This document shows positions 15,752-24,409 of a DNA stretch of 64,000 bases, one piece after another. The first letter of the stretch is position 1; each line of letters starts with the position of its first letter. The stretch spans positions 192,001 through 256,000 of the forward strand of contig JBMNJG010000007.1 in the NCBI GenBank assembly GCA_050951545.1, given 5' to 3'. Origin of the DNA: Limnochordia bacterium. Its GTDB lineage: Bacteria > Bacillota > Limnochordia > DTU080. Both the position numbers and the translations under genes were made by a program. A model generated the notes under the pieces. The model was not told the origin of the DNA. It worked only from the letters and a program-made list of their open reading frames with translations, and did no database searches.

Positions 15752-17130
15752 GATTAGCGAGGCCGACATCCAGGCATTGCGAGCGATCGTGGGACGGGAC
15801 TACGTGCGGGTAGGCACCGAGATTCCCGATGACTATGCCCGCGATGAGCTGGCTCACGAACGGGTTCTTCCGGACGTGTTGGTAGAACCCGGGTGTACTC
15901 GTGAGGTCTCCGAAGTCATGCGCTATGCCTATCAGCGTGACCTGCCTGTTACGCCGCGGGGCACGGGCACCGGGCTCTGTGGTGGTGGGGTGGCGACCTA
16001 TGGTGGTATCATGCTATCCACATTGCGCCTCAACCGCATACTGGAGATCGATCAAGAGTGCCTCATGGCTACTGTTGAGCCAGGTGTGATCCTGCTTGAC
16101 TTCCAGAAGGAAGTGGAGAAGATCGGCCTTTTCTATCCCCCCGATCCGGGTGAGAAAAGTGCTACCTTGGGCGGCAATGTCAGCACCAACGCGGGTGGCA
16201 TGCGGGCCGTGAAATACGGGGTCACACGAGACTACGTGCGGGGCATGGAGGTTGTGCTGCCCAACGGTGACGTGACTGAGTTCGGGGGTAAGCTCTCAAA
16301 GAACTCCTCGGGTTACGGTTTGCTGCATCTTCTGGTGGGCTCTGAGGGTACCCTCGGCATCATTACCAAGATCGTCTTGCGGCTTATCCCTCTACCAAAG
16401 AAGCGGGTTTCGCTGTCTAGTCCCCTTTGCGTCTTTGGAAGAGGCGATTCGCACTGTGCCGAAAGTCATCATGACGCGAACGGGTCCCACGGCAGTGGAA
16501 TTCATGCAGAGCGATGTGATTCATGCCTACGAGGCGAACATGGGCAAATCATTCCCCCATTCGGACGCGCCAGCCTACCTTCTTCTGCTCTTTGATGGTA
16601 ACTCCGCGTCGGAATTGGAGGCTGCCTATCAAGCTGCTGCTGAGGCTTGTCTGGCTGAAGGCGCCCTGGACGCTCTTATTGCCGATACGAGTGACCGCCA
16701 CGCTGCCGTCTGGGACGCCAGGGGAACCTTCCTGGAAGCTCTGAAGGCAGTCAGCGAGCTGGAACTCGCTGACGCTGTCGTGCCACCTCACCTTATTCCC
16801 GATTTCGTCACTTTCTGTGACTCCCTGGGTAGGAAGTACGGCGTAAAGGTGCTAACCTTTGGGCACGCAGGTGATGGCAACTGCCACATTCACATTCTTA
16901 GGGAGAAAATCGATGATGACGCCTGGCAGGCGGTGTATCCGCAGGTCATGAATGAAATCTACCGCAAAGGCCATGAGCTTGGCGGACAGGTTTCTGGTGA
17001 GCACGGTATAGGAGCAGCCAAGCGCCCGTACCTGCATCGCTGGGTTGGCGACATCAACCTTCAGCTGATGCGGGAGATCAAAGACTGCTTTGATCCTAAG
17101 GGAATCCTCAACCCTGGGAAGGTGATCTAG
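15729..17130 (+). pseudogene. FAD-linked 2-hydroxyacid dehydrogenase (LctD/GlcD family), split by a +1 frameshift near 16416 (real lesion or sequencing error)
   Basis: PRGTGTGLCGG, FYPPDPGE, TLGGNVSTNAGGMRAVKYG, GSEGTLG in one frame; FGHAGDGNCH, SGEHGIG, FDPKGILNPGK in another. Deleting T16416 gives continuous KRVSLLVPFASLEEAI. Confidence 0.88.
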
Positions 17131-17162
17131 AACCCAGCGCCTAGAGCTGGCCACCATTGATG

Positions 17163-17190
17163 AGAGCGGGTTGGTCAGCTGACCCGCTCT
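17163..17190 (+). terminator. Stem-loop after the BMC operon (putative terminator)
   Basis: AGAGCGGGT...ACCCGCTCT inverted repeat; no strong U-tract. Confidence 0.45.
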
Positions 17191-17256
17191 ACTCGTCGAT
17201 AAAACTGGGCGCATTTCGACAAAGGGAATACGGGCAGAACGAAGAATCTCGCCCCT

Positions 17257-17712
17257 ATGGGATCAAAATCGAAGCTGGCGAAAGCGATTGTCGCTCTGCA
17301 GCAAAGGGCTACAGCCATATGTGACGCATGTCAGTTCAAAGGCGAACGCGAGTGCCAGGGAGCACTGTGTAATAGAGTACTAACAACCGTTAGAAGAATC
17401 GATTCGTTAGTTTCCGAATACTTCCGTTTGGAGCTCGAAGAGAGACGGGGGGCGTCGCGCCATGCAGGGCACCGACCGGTATGGCAGCGCCAGCTGCCGT
17501 TTGCTGGAACTTCTGTCGAAATGATGGTGCAGCCCCAAGAACCACGGGAGGCAGAAGCTGCTGCTGACCTGGAATGGCATCAACTTGCCGACGCTTGGAC
17601 AGAGGTAGCAGCGGCTACTCTTTTCGGAGAGGCATGGGTTCAGGAGACACTGGCTGCGCCTCGTAGATTGCCATCCGGGCAGCAAAGGCAGGCGGGTGGC
17701 ATAAACTCTTGA
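17257..17712 (+). CDS. Hypothetical protein with 4-Cys motif
   Basis: Fills the intergenic space; CDAC-x7-C-x4-C; SigH-like motif immediately upstream; no Shine-Dalgarno. Confidence 0.6.
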   Translation: MGSKSKLAKAIVALQQRATAICDACQFKGERECQGALCNRVLTTVRRIDSLVSEYFRLELEERRGASRHAGHRPVWQRQLPFAGTSVEMMVQPQEPREAEAAADLEWHQLADAWTEVAAATLFGEAWVQETLAAPRRLPSGQQRQAGGINS

Positions 17713-17766
17713 ATGGACGCCCGGCATGTCCGCTCAGCCGTCGGCGCGCCGCCTACTCGATCGTTG

Positions 17767-18207
17767 TTATCCATCGAGGGATGGGTTACGGCTAATGTAC
17801 TCCAGAATCTGGCGGGCGCAGGCCAAGAGGTCCTGGCGATGGTTCACGACAATGTCATGTAGCTCCTCGGTGGTCACTTCGTGGTAGAAGTGAACGAGTC
17901 TGTTTCGGTATCCTGCCATTCGCACTAAGGTAACCCCGACATCGTCGCGGACAATTCGCTCTTGAGCGAGCCCGCGGGCTATCGCCTTGTATTCCTGGGC
18001 AAGGTCGATACGTCCGATCCTGGCAAGTAGATGACGACCGACATCGAAAATCGCCTCTAGCGAACGTCGAAGAAACGATTCCGCTGCCGCGAGGTTGCGC
18101 GGTTTCATGAAATCGTCGTCGGGCAAGGCTGCCAAGTCGTCGAGGTGTTTCCCCCATTCCATGATACGGTCGATCCTGTCGCGCACCATCAGCTCATTGA
18201 AGTTCAC
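17767..18207 (-). CDS. hepT: HEPN (DUF86) ribonuclease toxin, HepT-like
   Basis: RNRLVHFY = R-x4-H-x-Y motif; 146 aa; overlaps the stop of the upstream MNT gene. Confidence 0.9.
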   Translation of the reverse strand: MNFNELMVRDRIDRIMEWGKHLDDLAALPDDDFMKPRNLAAAESFLRRSLEAIFDVGRHLLARIGRIDLAQEYKAIARGLAQERIVRDDVGVTLVRMAGYRNRLVHFYHEVTTEELHDIVVNHRQDLLACARQILEYISRNPSLDG

Positions 18208-18647
18208 GGCATGATCCCTCCGAGCCGCTCCTCGTAATAGCGTTCGAGAAATGGACGAAAATCAGCTGCCCTCGCCAAGACGCGTTCCTCATACGTAGTC
18301 TTGAAGACCCTGGAGACCGCATACACACAAAACCCTGTCATCGCCTGCGCCTGGAAGACCGAATGTGTCTCCTGCAAGAACACTAGATCCAGCCGATCCT
18401 CCGGGAACACGTCTGTCAAGTCGTTGAACAGGCCGGAGTAGCGTTCCCGCCGTGAGGCTGGGTCAGCAAGAACTCCAGGATTCTCAAACACAACTCCGAT
18501 GTCGATGTCTGCCAAAGGGTCGCTCACATCAAGTTGACCGTTTGTTAGAAAACGGTGGGCAGGGGTTGCCATGGATCCGAACAAGTAGGCGAGCGCTACA
18601 CCGTGACACTGGAAGATGCGCTTCAGCTGTGCGTACCTGTCGTCCAC
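18204..18647 (-). CDS. mntA: Minimal nucleotidyltransferase antitoxin, MntA-like
   Basis: LAYLFGS...ADIDIGV...RLDLVFL; paired with HEPN. Confidence 0.88.
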   Translation of the reverse strand: MDDRYAQLKRIFQCHGVALAYLFGSMATPAHRFLTNGQLDVSDPLADIDIGVVFENPGVLADPASRRERYSGLFNDLTDVFPEDRLDLVFLQETHSVFQAQAMTGFCVYAVSRVFKTTYEERVLARAADFRPFLERYYEERLGGIMP

Positions 18648-18812
18648 GCCAGAGGAGCCCCCTTTGCACGACCTGTCTATCTAAGTATACACTAACGGGC
18701 ACGGCAACTTCGCACTTGTTCGGGTTGCTACACTCTTGCCAGTACCGTTGGGAGCGAGGGAGGGCGCTGCGCTAGTCTACACAGCGTCCCCCTACTCGAT
18801 ACCTCAAGCAAG

Positions 18813-19838
18813 CTAGAAGGTTACTGTGTCTGCCTCGCGGGCGCTCTCTACTTCGGCCAACACGACGCTCAGTGTCTCTTTGGCCTGTGTCGGCGTAACG
18901 ACCTGCGGCTTTCTGCCGCTCTTGATGCAATCAACCAGGTAGCGGATTTCTGCCCAGTAAGCGCCTAGCGCGGAAATGTTAGCCCCTGTTGCTTCTGTGG
19001 ACGCTTCGCCGCTAAACGAGATCTCGTACTCGGGCTCGTAGGGCTTGCCATCCCAAGGATAGACTAGCAGTTTCGGTTTGATGCGACTGTTAAAATCGAT
19101 CGTTGCCTTGTCGAAGACAGCCCGATAGGTCGTGGTGAAGGGGTAGCCCAAGGGGATGTTGCCACCACCTTCGGCAAAGACTGCGGGGCCATCCGGATAG
19201 AGGAAGTGGGTGGAGACATGTGACAGCCCAGCCTCGTCGAAGTGGCCTGTGGTGCGGACTCCTGCGGGCATTCCCAGAAGGTATACAACAAAGTCCGTAT
19301 CATGGATGTGGCGGTCAACGGTCTGTCCACCAGAGAGGACGGGATCAAGCATCCAATTCTTCCATGACACCATAGTCTTTGAGCCGACGCGGCTCATGCT
19401 CAACAGCTGAAGCTTCCCGAACTCACCGCTGTCATACACGGACTTCAGATAGTGGTATTCCGGCCAGAAACGGACGCAGTGAGCGACCATGAGTGTCTTG
19501 CCACTGCGCTTCTCAGCGGCGATCATGGCGTCGCACTGCTCCAGATTAAGGGCCATTGGCTTCTCTGAAAGCACGTGCCGACCCTTGTCAAGCGCTTGTA
19601 CTGCGTACTTGGAGTGTAGGAATGTGGGTAGACAGATGTCTACCATATCGACATCAGCATTGTTTATGAGGTCTTCAGCTGAAGCGTAGGGCGTGGCGTC
19701 CAGAAACTCGGCAGCCTTTGCCCGTCGTTCAGGTTCCACGTCAGCTACAGCAACGACCTTGACATCAGGCATCGCCTTATACGCATGGCCATGCACATTT
19801 CCGATAGAGCCCCAACCAACTAAGCCTACCTTGAACAT
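18813..19838 (-). CDS. Gfo/Idh/MocA family NAD(P)-dependent oxidoreductase
   Basis: MFKVGLVGWGSIG, DICLPTFLH, VLSEKPM, CVRFWPEY, DRHIHDTD; start moved to ATG 19838 (RBS GGGAG). Confidence 0.92.
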   Translation of the reverse strand: MFKVGLVGWGSIGNVHGHAYKAMPDVKVVAVADVEPERRAKAAEFLDATPYASAEDLINNADVDMVDICLPTFLHSKYAVQALDKGRHVLSEKPMALNLEQCDAMIAAEKRSGKTLMVAHCVRFWPEYHYLKSVYDSGEFGKLQLLSMSRVGSKTMVSWKNWMLDPVLSGGQTVDRHIHDTDFVVYLLGMPAGVRTTGHFDEAGLSHVSTHFLYPDGPAVFAEGGGNIPLGYPFTTTYRAVFDKATIDFNSRIKPKLLVYPWDGKPYEPEYEISFSGEASTEATGANISALGAYWAEIRYLVDCIKSGRKPQVVTPTQAKETLSVVLAEVESAREADTVTF

Positions 19839-19888
19839 GATGCTCACTCCCTGCGTACCGCACTTTGGCGGAATGGTGCGCTGCATAG

Positions 19889-19913
19889 ATTCTGCAGCTA
19901 CTGCCGGAAACCT
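19889..19913 (-). promoter_or_regulatory. SigH-like promoter
   Basis: Minus strand GCAAGGT-N17-GAAT. Confidence 0.45.
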
Positions 19914-20079
19914 TGCCAAACACGGAAAATAACCCACCACGATCTGACTGGGGAATGCCTGGTGTTCGGAAGCTGCGCAAAAAGAACAGCGGGAAGGATA
20001 AGCTACCTCAACAACGTAGTGTGATTGTGGCAACGGAACTGGGGTCGCTTGCTGAGGGACGTGACGAGGCGGTGTAGCG

Positions 20080-21177
20080 GTGCAAATTGACTGGTCTTTT
20101 GAGAGCGGTAGCCTCTGCATGGCAGAGATAGCGGGCCCGGATATGGTGCGGGTGCTCCCACGACGCGATTATGATCACGAGGGTCGCAACTGGACCTCCC
20201 TTTGGTGTTACTTCCGTCTGAAGGGAGCGGCTGGTAAGACGATCTGCCTACAATTCCTAGACCTTACCGATGAGTGGAATCACCGGGCGAGCTTCTCTTG
20301 GGGGAAGCACACCCGGCCTGTCTACTCAACTGATCAGATGCGCTGGGAACGTTTTTCTCAGGTGGAGTATGATTTGCGTCGGCGTACTCTGAGTGTGTGG
20401 CTCGAGGTGCCCACGGACTCGCTGTGGATTGCCTATCAGCCGCCCTATACGCTGTCGCGATTGTACGAGTTTCTTACGGGCCTAGCAGGTTGTCTCGGCG
20501 TAGACGTCTCTTCTTTGGGAGCTAGTGCGGGGGGACGGCCGATTCCGCTTGTGGAGGTGAGGGGTACACGAAGGCCCACGTCTCACGTTTGGATTGTCTG
20601 CAGGCAGCATCCGTGGGAGACGGCCTCTACCCTTGCTGCGGAGGGTCTGCTGCGTTGTCTTACCTCAGGTACACCGGAGGCGAGAGAGCTTATCGACCGA
20701 GTGGCATTTCATGTCGTGCCTATCGCTAACCCCGATGGAGTGGTGCTTGGGCACACTCGCTTCAACCAGCGGGGCTATGATCTCAACCGTTGCTACGACC
20801 AAGCTACTCTGCAGACATCTCCAGAGACCGTTCATCTTCTAGAGAGCTTGCGGCAGGCCCAGGCCGCTGGCGAGACTGTAGACCTGCTGCTGAATATCCA
20901 CAACAATAACCAGGAATGCCAGGATCTAGTCGCTGGTTCGGGGGCCGAAGAAGGCAACATCACTCGTTTCAGTGAAGCCTTGGCGCGGCATACGTTCTTT
21001 CGGGGCAGAGCCAGTTGGTCTGAACAAGCGAGCTTTCTTCCGGACGCCCGCAGTACCTACATTCTGGTCGAGATGCGGACGGGGTACGATCCGACTCTTG
21101 AGCGCTATGTGACCACGGACGATCAGCTCAGCTATGGTGCAGGTCTGGCACAAGCTATAGGTGCGTTCTTCGCATAG
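20080..21177 (+). CDS. M14 family zinc carboxypeptidase (cytosolic carboxypeptidase-like)
   Basis: FESGSL N-terminal domain, AYQPPY, RQHPWE (HxxE), PIANPDG, DLNR, NIH. Confidence 0.85.
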   Translation: MQIDWSFESGSLCMAEIAGPDMVRVLPRRDYDHEGRNWTSLWCYFRLKGAAGKTICLQFLDLTDEWNHRASFSWGKHTRPVYSTDQMRWERFSQVEYDLRRRTLSVWLEVPTDSLWIAYQPPYTLSRLYEFLTGLAGCLGVDVSSLGASAGGRPIPLVEVRGTRRPTSHVWIVCRQHPWETASTLAAEGLLRCLTSGTPEARELIDRVAFHVVPIANPDGVVLGHTRFNQRGYDLNRCYDQATLQTSPETVHLLESLRQAQAAGETVDLLLNIHNNNQECQDLVAGSGAEEGNITRFSEALARHTFFRGRASWSEQASFLPDARSTYILVEMRTGYDPTLERYVTTDDQLSYGAGLAQAIGAFFA

Positions 21178-21181
21178 CTCG

Positions 21182-22336
21182 TTAGACTCCGTCTGGCGAT
21201 GAAGAAGCTGGCGGGCGTGGACCGTAGAATTGGTAGTATGTAACCTCAATGCGACCGTTGTATAGTTTGCGTTTGCGGTCGGCTCTGCGCCCGAACAGCC
21301 TCTCAAAGCGGGGATTGTTGGTGAGCACGTAGATGGACCAGGTGTCTAGCTGGCCGACCGAGTCTCTCATGTCGAGATAGGCAGATTCGGCCTGTTGCTG
21401 ATCCCCAAGCCGTTCTCCGTAGGGCGGATTGCAGATAACGCATCCGTATTTGAAGCGGCTGCGCACGTCGGCCACGGGCAGGGTCTGAAAAAAGATGGTT
21501 TCCCTGACACCCGCAAGTTCAGCGTGATGGCGGGCCAGACGGAGCACATCGCCATCAATATCGGAGCCGTAGATGCGTAGATCCGGTTTGCTTATGACAA
21601 CGTCCTGCGCATGCGAGCGAGCCTCTCGCCAGGCATTCTTCGGTATCGCTGGCCAGTCCTCAGCAGCGAAGCTGCGCTTGAGCCCCGGAGCCATATTGGC
21701 ACCGATAAGCGCTGCTTCTATAGGTAGGGTGCCAGAGCCGCAAAAAGGATCCAAAAACACTCGCTCGGAGTTCCAGTAGCTCAGCTCGATCATGGCGGCA
21801 GCGAGGGTTTCGCGCAAAGGAGCACTGCTTGCGAGCGGTCGGTATCCGCGGCGGTGTAGGCCAGCACCGCTCGTGTCTATGGTCAGGGTGGCCTGATCTT
21901 TCAGCAGGGCCACTTCTATGCGGTACAAGGGACCGTCCTCATCGAACCAGCTGCGATGGTAGCGTGTGCGCAGCGACTCCACGACAGCCTTCTTGACGAT
22001 CGCCTGGCAGTCGGGGACGCTGAATAGCTTTGACTTGATGGATTTGCCAGTGACGGGGAAGCAGGCATTCTCTGGTAACCAGTCTGCCCAGGGGAGGGCC
22101 TTCGTCTGCTCAAAGAGATCGTCAAAGGTAGTGGCTTCAAATGAGCCCATCCTGAGCAACACACGATCAGCTGAGCGTAGCCAGAGGTTGGCGCGGGCTA
22201 TGGCGTCTAGACCGCCTCGGAAGTTCACCTTGCCATTCTCGGTATCACAGTCGTCGAGCCCTAGGGCTTTCAGTTCCCTGGCCACTACCGCCTCGACCCC
22301 AAAAGCAGCAGTGGCTATCAACTCCACACCCGGCAT
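21182..22336 (-). CDS. THUMP-domain SAM-dependent RNA methyltransferase (YpsC/RlmL-like)
   Basis: ANLWLRSADRV, DTSGAGLHRRGYR, APLRETLAAA, DPFCGSGT, NPPYGERL. Confidence 0.93.
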   Translation of the reverse strand: MPGVELIATAAFGVEAVVARELKALGLDDCDTENGKVNFRGGLDAIARANLWLRSADRVLLRMGSFEATTFDDLFEQTKALPWADWLPENACFPVTGKSIKSKLFSVPDCQAIVKKAVVESLRTRYHRSWFDEDGPLYRIEVALLKDQATLTIDTSGAGLHRRGYRPLASSAPLRETLAAAMIELSYWNSERVFLDPFCGSGTLPIEAALIGANMAPGLKRSFAAEDWPAIPKNAWREARSHAQDVVISKPDLRIYGSDIDGDVLRLARHHAELAGVRETIFFQTLPVADVRSRFKYGCVICNPPYGERLGDQQQAESAYLDMRDSVGQLDTWSIYVLTNNPRFERLFGRRADRKRKLYNGRIEVTYYQFYGPRPPASSSPDGV

Positions 22337-22367
22337 CTTGTCACCTCGTCAATGGTCTTCTAATAGG

Positions 22368-22434
22368 CTTCCCCAGGGTCAGGTCATTCCCTTCATCGCT
22401 TCATCGGGAAGGGAGGATGCCAGAGGTGTGGAAG
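22368..22434. promoter_or_regulatory. Back-to-back SigH-like promoter motifs
   Basis: GAAGGG-N17-GAAG on both strands (22368-22392 minus; 22410-22434 plus) in the divergent gap. Confidence 0.4.
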
Positions 22435-22496
22435 TTGTGCTGTAGCTTGGCAGCAGTCTGTGGCCTGGCGTGACCAAAGGTTCTGGGGGGATACAC

Positions 22497-23159
22497 ATGC
22501 AAAAAGCCCTGATTGTCTGGGGCGGTTGGATGGGGCACGAGCCTGATCTCGTGGCTGAAACCTTCCGTCAGGTGCTTGAAGAGTTAGGGTTTGGGGTAGA
22601 GGTCTCCGATACGCTCGATGCATTCCTGGATGCGGATAAGCTGATGAACCTAGACCTGATAGTCCCTGTGTGGACCATGGGAAAGATCACAAATGAGCAG
22701 CTGCGTCCGGTGTTGCGGGCAGTCGAACACGGAGTGGGTATCGCTGGGTGTCATGGAGGCTTGTGTGATGCTTTCCGCGAAAGCACGCAGTGGCAGTTCA
22801 TGACTGGTGGGCAGTGGGTCGCACACCCTGGCAACGCTGACGTGGAGTATCGCGTGGAGATCATCAAGGGTTCGCATCCCATCGTTCACGGGATCGATGA
22901 TTTCACAGTACGCAGTGAGCAGTACTATCTGCATGTTGATCCCGCCGTCAAGGTCTTGGCTACGACGCAGTTCCCAACGGTAGATGGTCCACACTCTCCC
23001 AACGGCCGGGTCGATATGCCCGTAGTGTGGATCAAGCACTGGGGCGCAGGTCGGGTCTTTTACAACTCACTCGGACACCACAACGACACAATTGTCGCCG
23101 AACCCGCGCGCACCATCATGAAGCGCGGTTTCGCGTGGGCTGCCGGTGGTAAGCCATAG
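22497..23159 (+). CDS. ThuA-like (trehalose utilisation) domain protein
   Basis: KALIVWGGWMGHEP, GCHGG, GGQWVAHPG, SEQYYLHVDP, GRVFYNSLGH. Confidence 0.88.
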   Translation: MQKALIVWGGWMGHEPDLVAETFRQVLEELGFGVEVSDTLDAFLDADKLMNLDLIVPVWTMGKITNEQLRPVLRAVEHGVGIAGCHGGLCDAFRESTQWQFMTGGQWVAHPGNADVEYRVEIIKGSHPIVHGIDDFTVRSEQYYLHVDPAVKVLATTQFPTVDGPHSPNGRVDMPVVWIKHWGAGRVFYNSLGHHNDTIVAEPARTIMKRGFAWAAGGKP

Positions 23160-23193
23160 CGTCAGAACAACTCGATTCTAGGGAGATGGTGCT

Positions 23194-24375
23194 TTGAAGG
23201 ATCGTCTGTGGGAGCTGGCAAAGGCTGTGCATGCGGAAGTTGTCGCCGATAGGCGGTGGCTTCATCAGCACCCCGAGCTGAGCTATGAGGAGAAGGAGTC
23301 GTCAGGCTACATCGCTGAACAGCTGCGTAAGCTAGGGCATGAGCCACAGGTTGGCATCGGAGGGCACGGGGTAAAGCTGGTCTTGTATGGTAAACGTCCG
23401 GGGCGCACCATCGCTCTGCGTGCTGATATGGACGCCCTGCCTGTGCAAGAGGAGACTGACCTTCCATTTGCCTCGGTGAACCCCGGAGTGATGCACGCCT
23501 GTGGCCATGACTGCCACGTGGCTATGCTTCTGGGTGCAGCTCGAGGGCTTACACTCATGGAGGGCGATTGGACCGGAGATGTGGTGCTGATCTTTCAACC
23601 AGCGGAGGAACAGGGACCGGGCGGAGCCAGCCTGATGATCAAAGATGGGGTTTTGCATAACCCAGACGTGGAAGCGATCTTCGGGCTCCATATCAATCCG
23701 TTTGTTCCAGCGGGGTCGCTGGGTTTTGCTCCTGGGCCGATGAAGGCGGCCACCGATAGGTTCCAGGTAGTTGTACGCGGTCGGGGCGGGCATGGTGCTT
23801 CGCCGCACCTCACTTTGGATCCCATCCCAGCGGCTGCCCAAGTGATTCAGGCCTTGCAGCATGTGGTCAGCCGCAATGTGCGTCCCGGGGAGCCAGCAGT
23901 CGTTACCGTGGGTTCAATTCGTGGGGGTCAGGCGGCCAACGTCATTCCGTCTGAGGTAACTCTCAGTGGGACCATCAGGACGATGGGTGAACCCTTGCGT
24001 ACGCAGATCAGGGAATGGATCAAGCGGGCCGTGCACGGCGCCGTCGCTGCGCATGGCTGTCAAGCCGAAGTACGCTTTTCCTCTGGTTATCCGGCGGTGC
24101 ATAATGACCCTGCGCAGACCGAATGTGCTCGCCGAGCGGCGCAGCGCATTCTGCCGGAGGAGAGTATCGAGGTCATGGAGTCCTCCATGGGAGGCGAGGA
24201 TTTCGCGTACTACCTGGAGAAGGTGCCTGGGTCAGTTGGACGGCTAGGCGTGGCACCGCGATCTGGCGAACTCTACCCGCTGCACAGCTCGCGCCTACGC
24301 GTTGAGGAGAGTGCCTTGGCCACGGGCGTAGCTTTCTGGCTGGCTTTGGTGCAAGAGGGCTGTAGTGCTCACTAG
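23194..24375 (+). CDS. M20D family amidohydrolase
   Basis: HQHPELSYEE, ALRADMDALP, MHACGHD, FQPAEE, GGEDF. Confidence 0.93.
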   Translation: MKDRLWELAKAVHAEVVADRRWLHQHPELSYEEKESSGYIAEQLRKLGHEPQVGIGGHGVKLVLYGKRPGRTIALRADMDALPVQEETDLPFASVNPGVMHACGHDCHVAMLLGAARGLTLMEGDWTGDVVLIFQPAEEQGPGGASLMIKDGVLHNPDVEAIFGLHINPFVPAGSLGFAPGPMKAATDRFQVVVRGRGGHGASPHLTLDPIPAAAQVIQALQHVVSRNVRPGEPAVVTVGSIRGGQAANVIPSEVTLSGTIRTMGEPLRTQIREWIKRAVHGAVAAHGCQAEVRFSSGYPAVHNDPAQTECARRAAQRILPEESIEVMESSMGGEDFAYYLEKVPGSVGRLGVAPRSGELYPLHSSRLRVEESALATGVAFWLALVQEGCSAH

Positions 24376-24409
24376 ATGGCCGTAGTTCAGTTTTGGAAAG
24401 GGGAACACA

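Noticed and set aside
16400-16440. Programmed ribosomal frameshift in the lctD-like gene
   Set aside because: No slippery heptamer or homopolymer run at the junction, and the family is not known to use recoding.
587-17130. Assignment as a classical PDU, EUT or GRM microcompartment
   Set aside because: No diol dehydratase, ethanolamine ammonia-lyase or glycyl-radical enzyme in the window, despite the PduL/S/T homologues.
19839-20120. 94-aa N-terminal extension of the Gfo/Idh/MocA ORF
   Set aside because: It crosses the divergent promoter region and overlaps the M14 gene; the Rossmann motif and RBS indicate a start at 19838.
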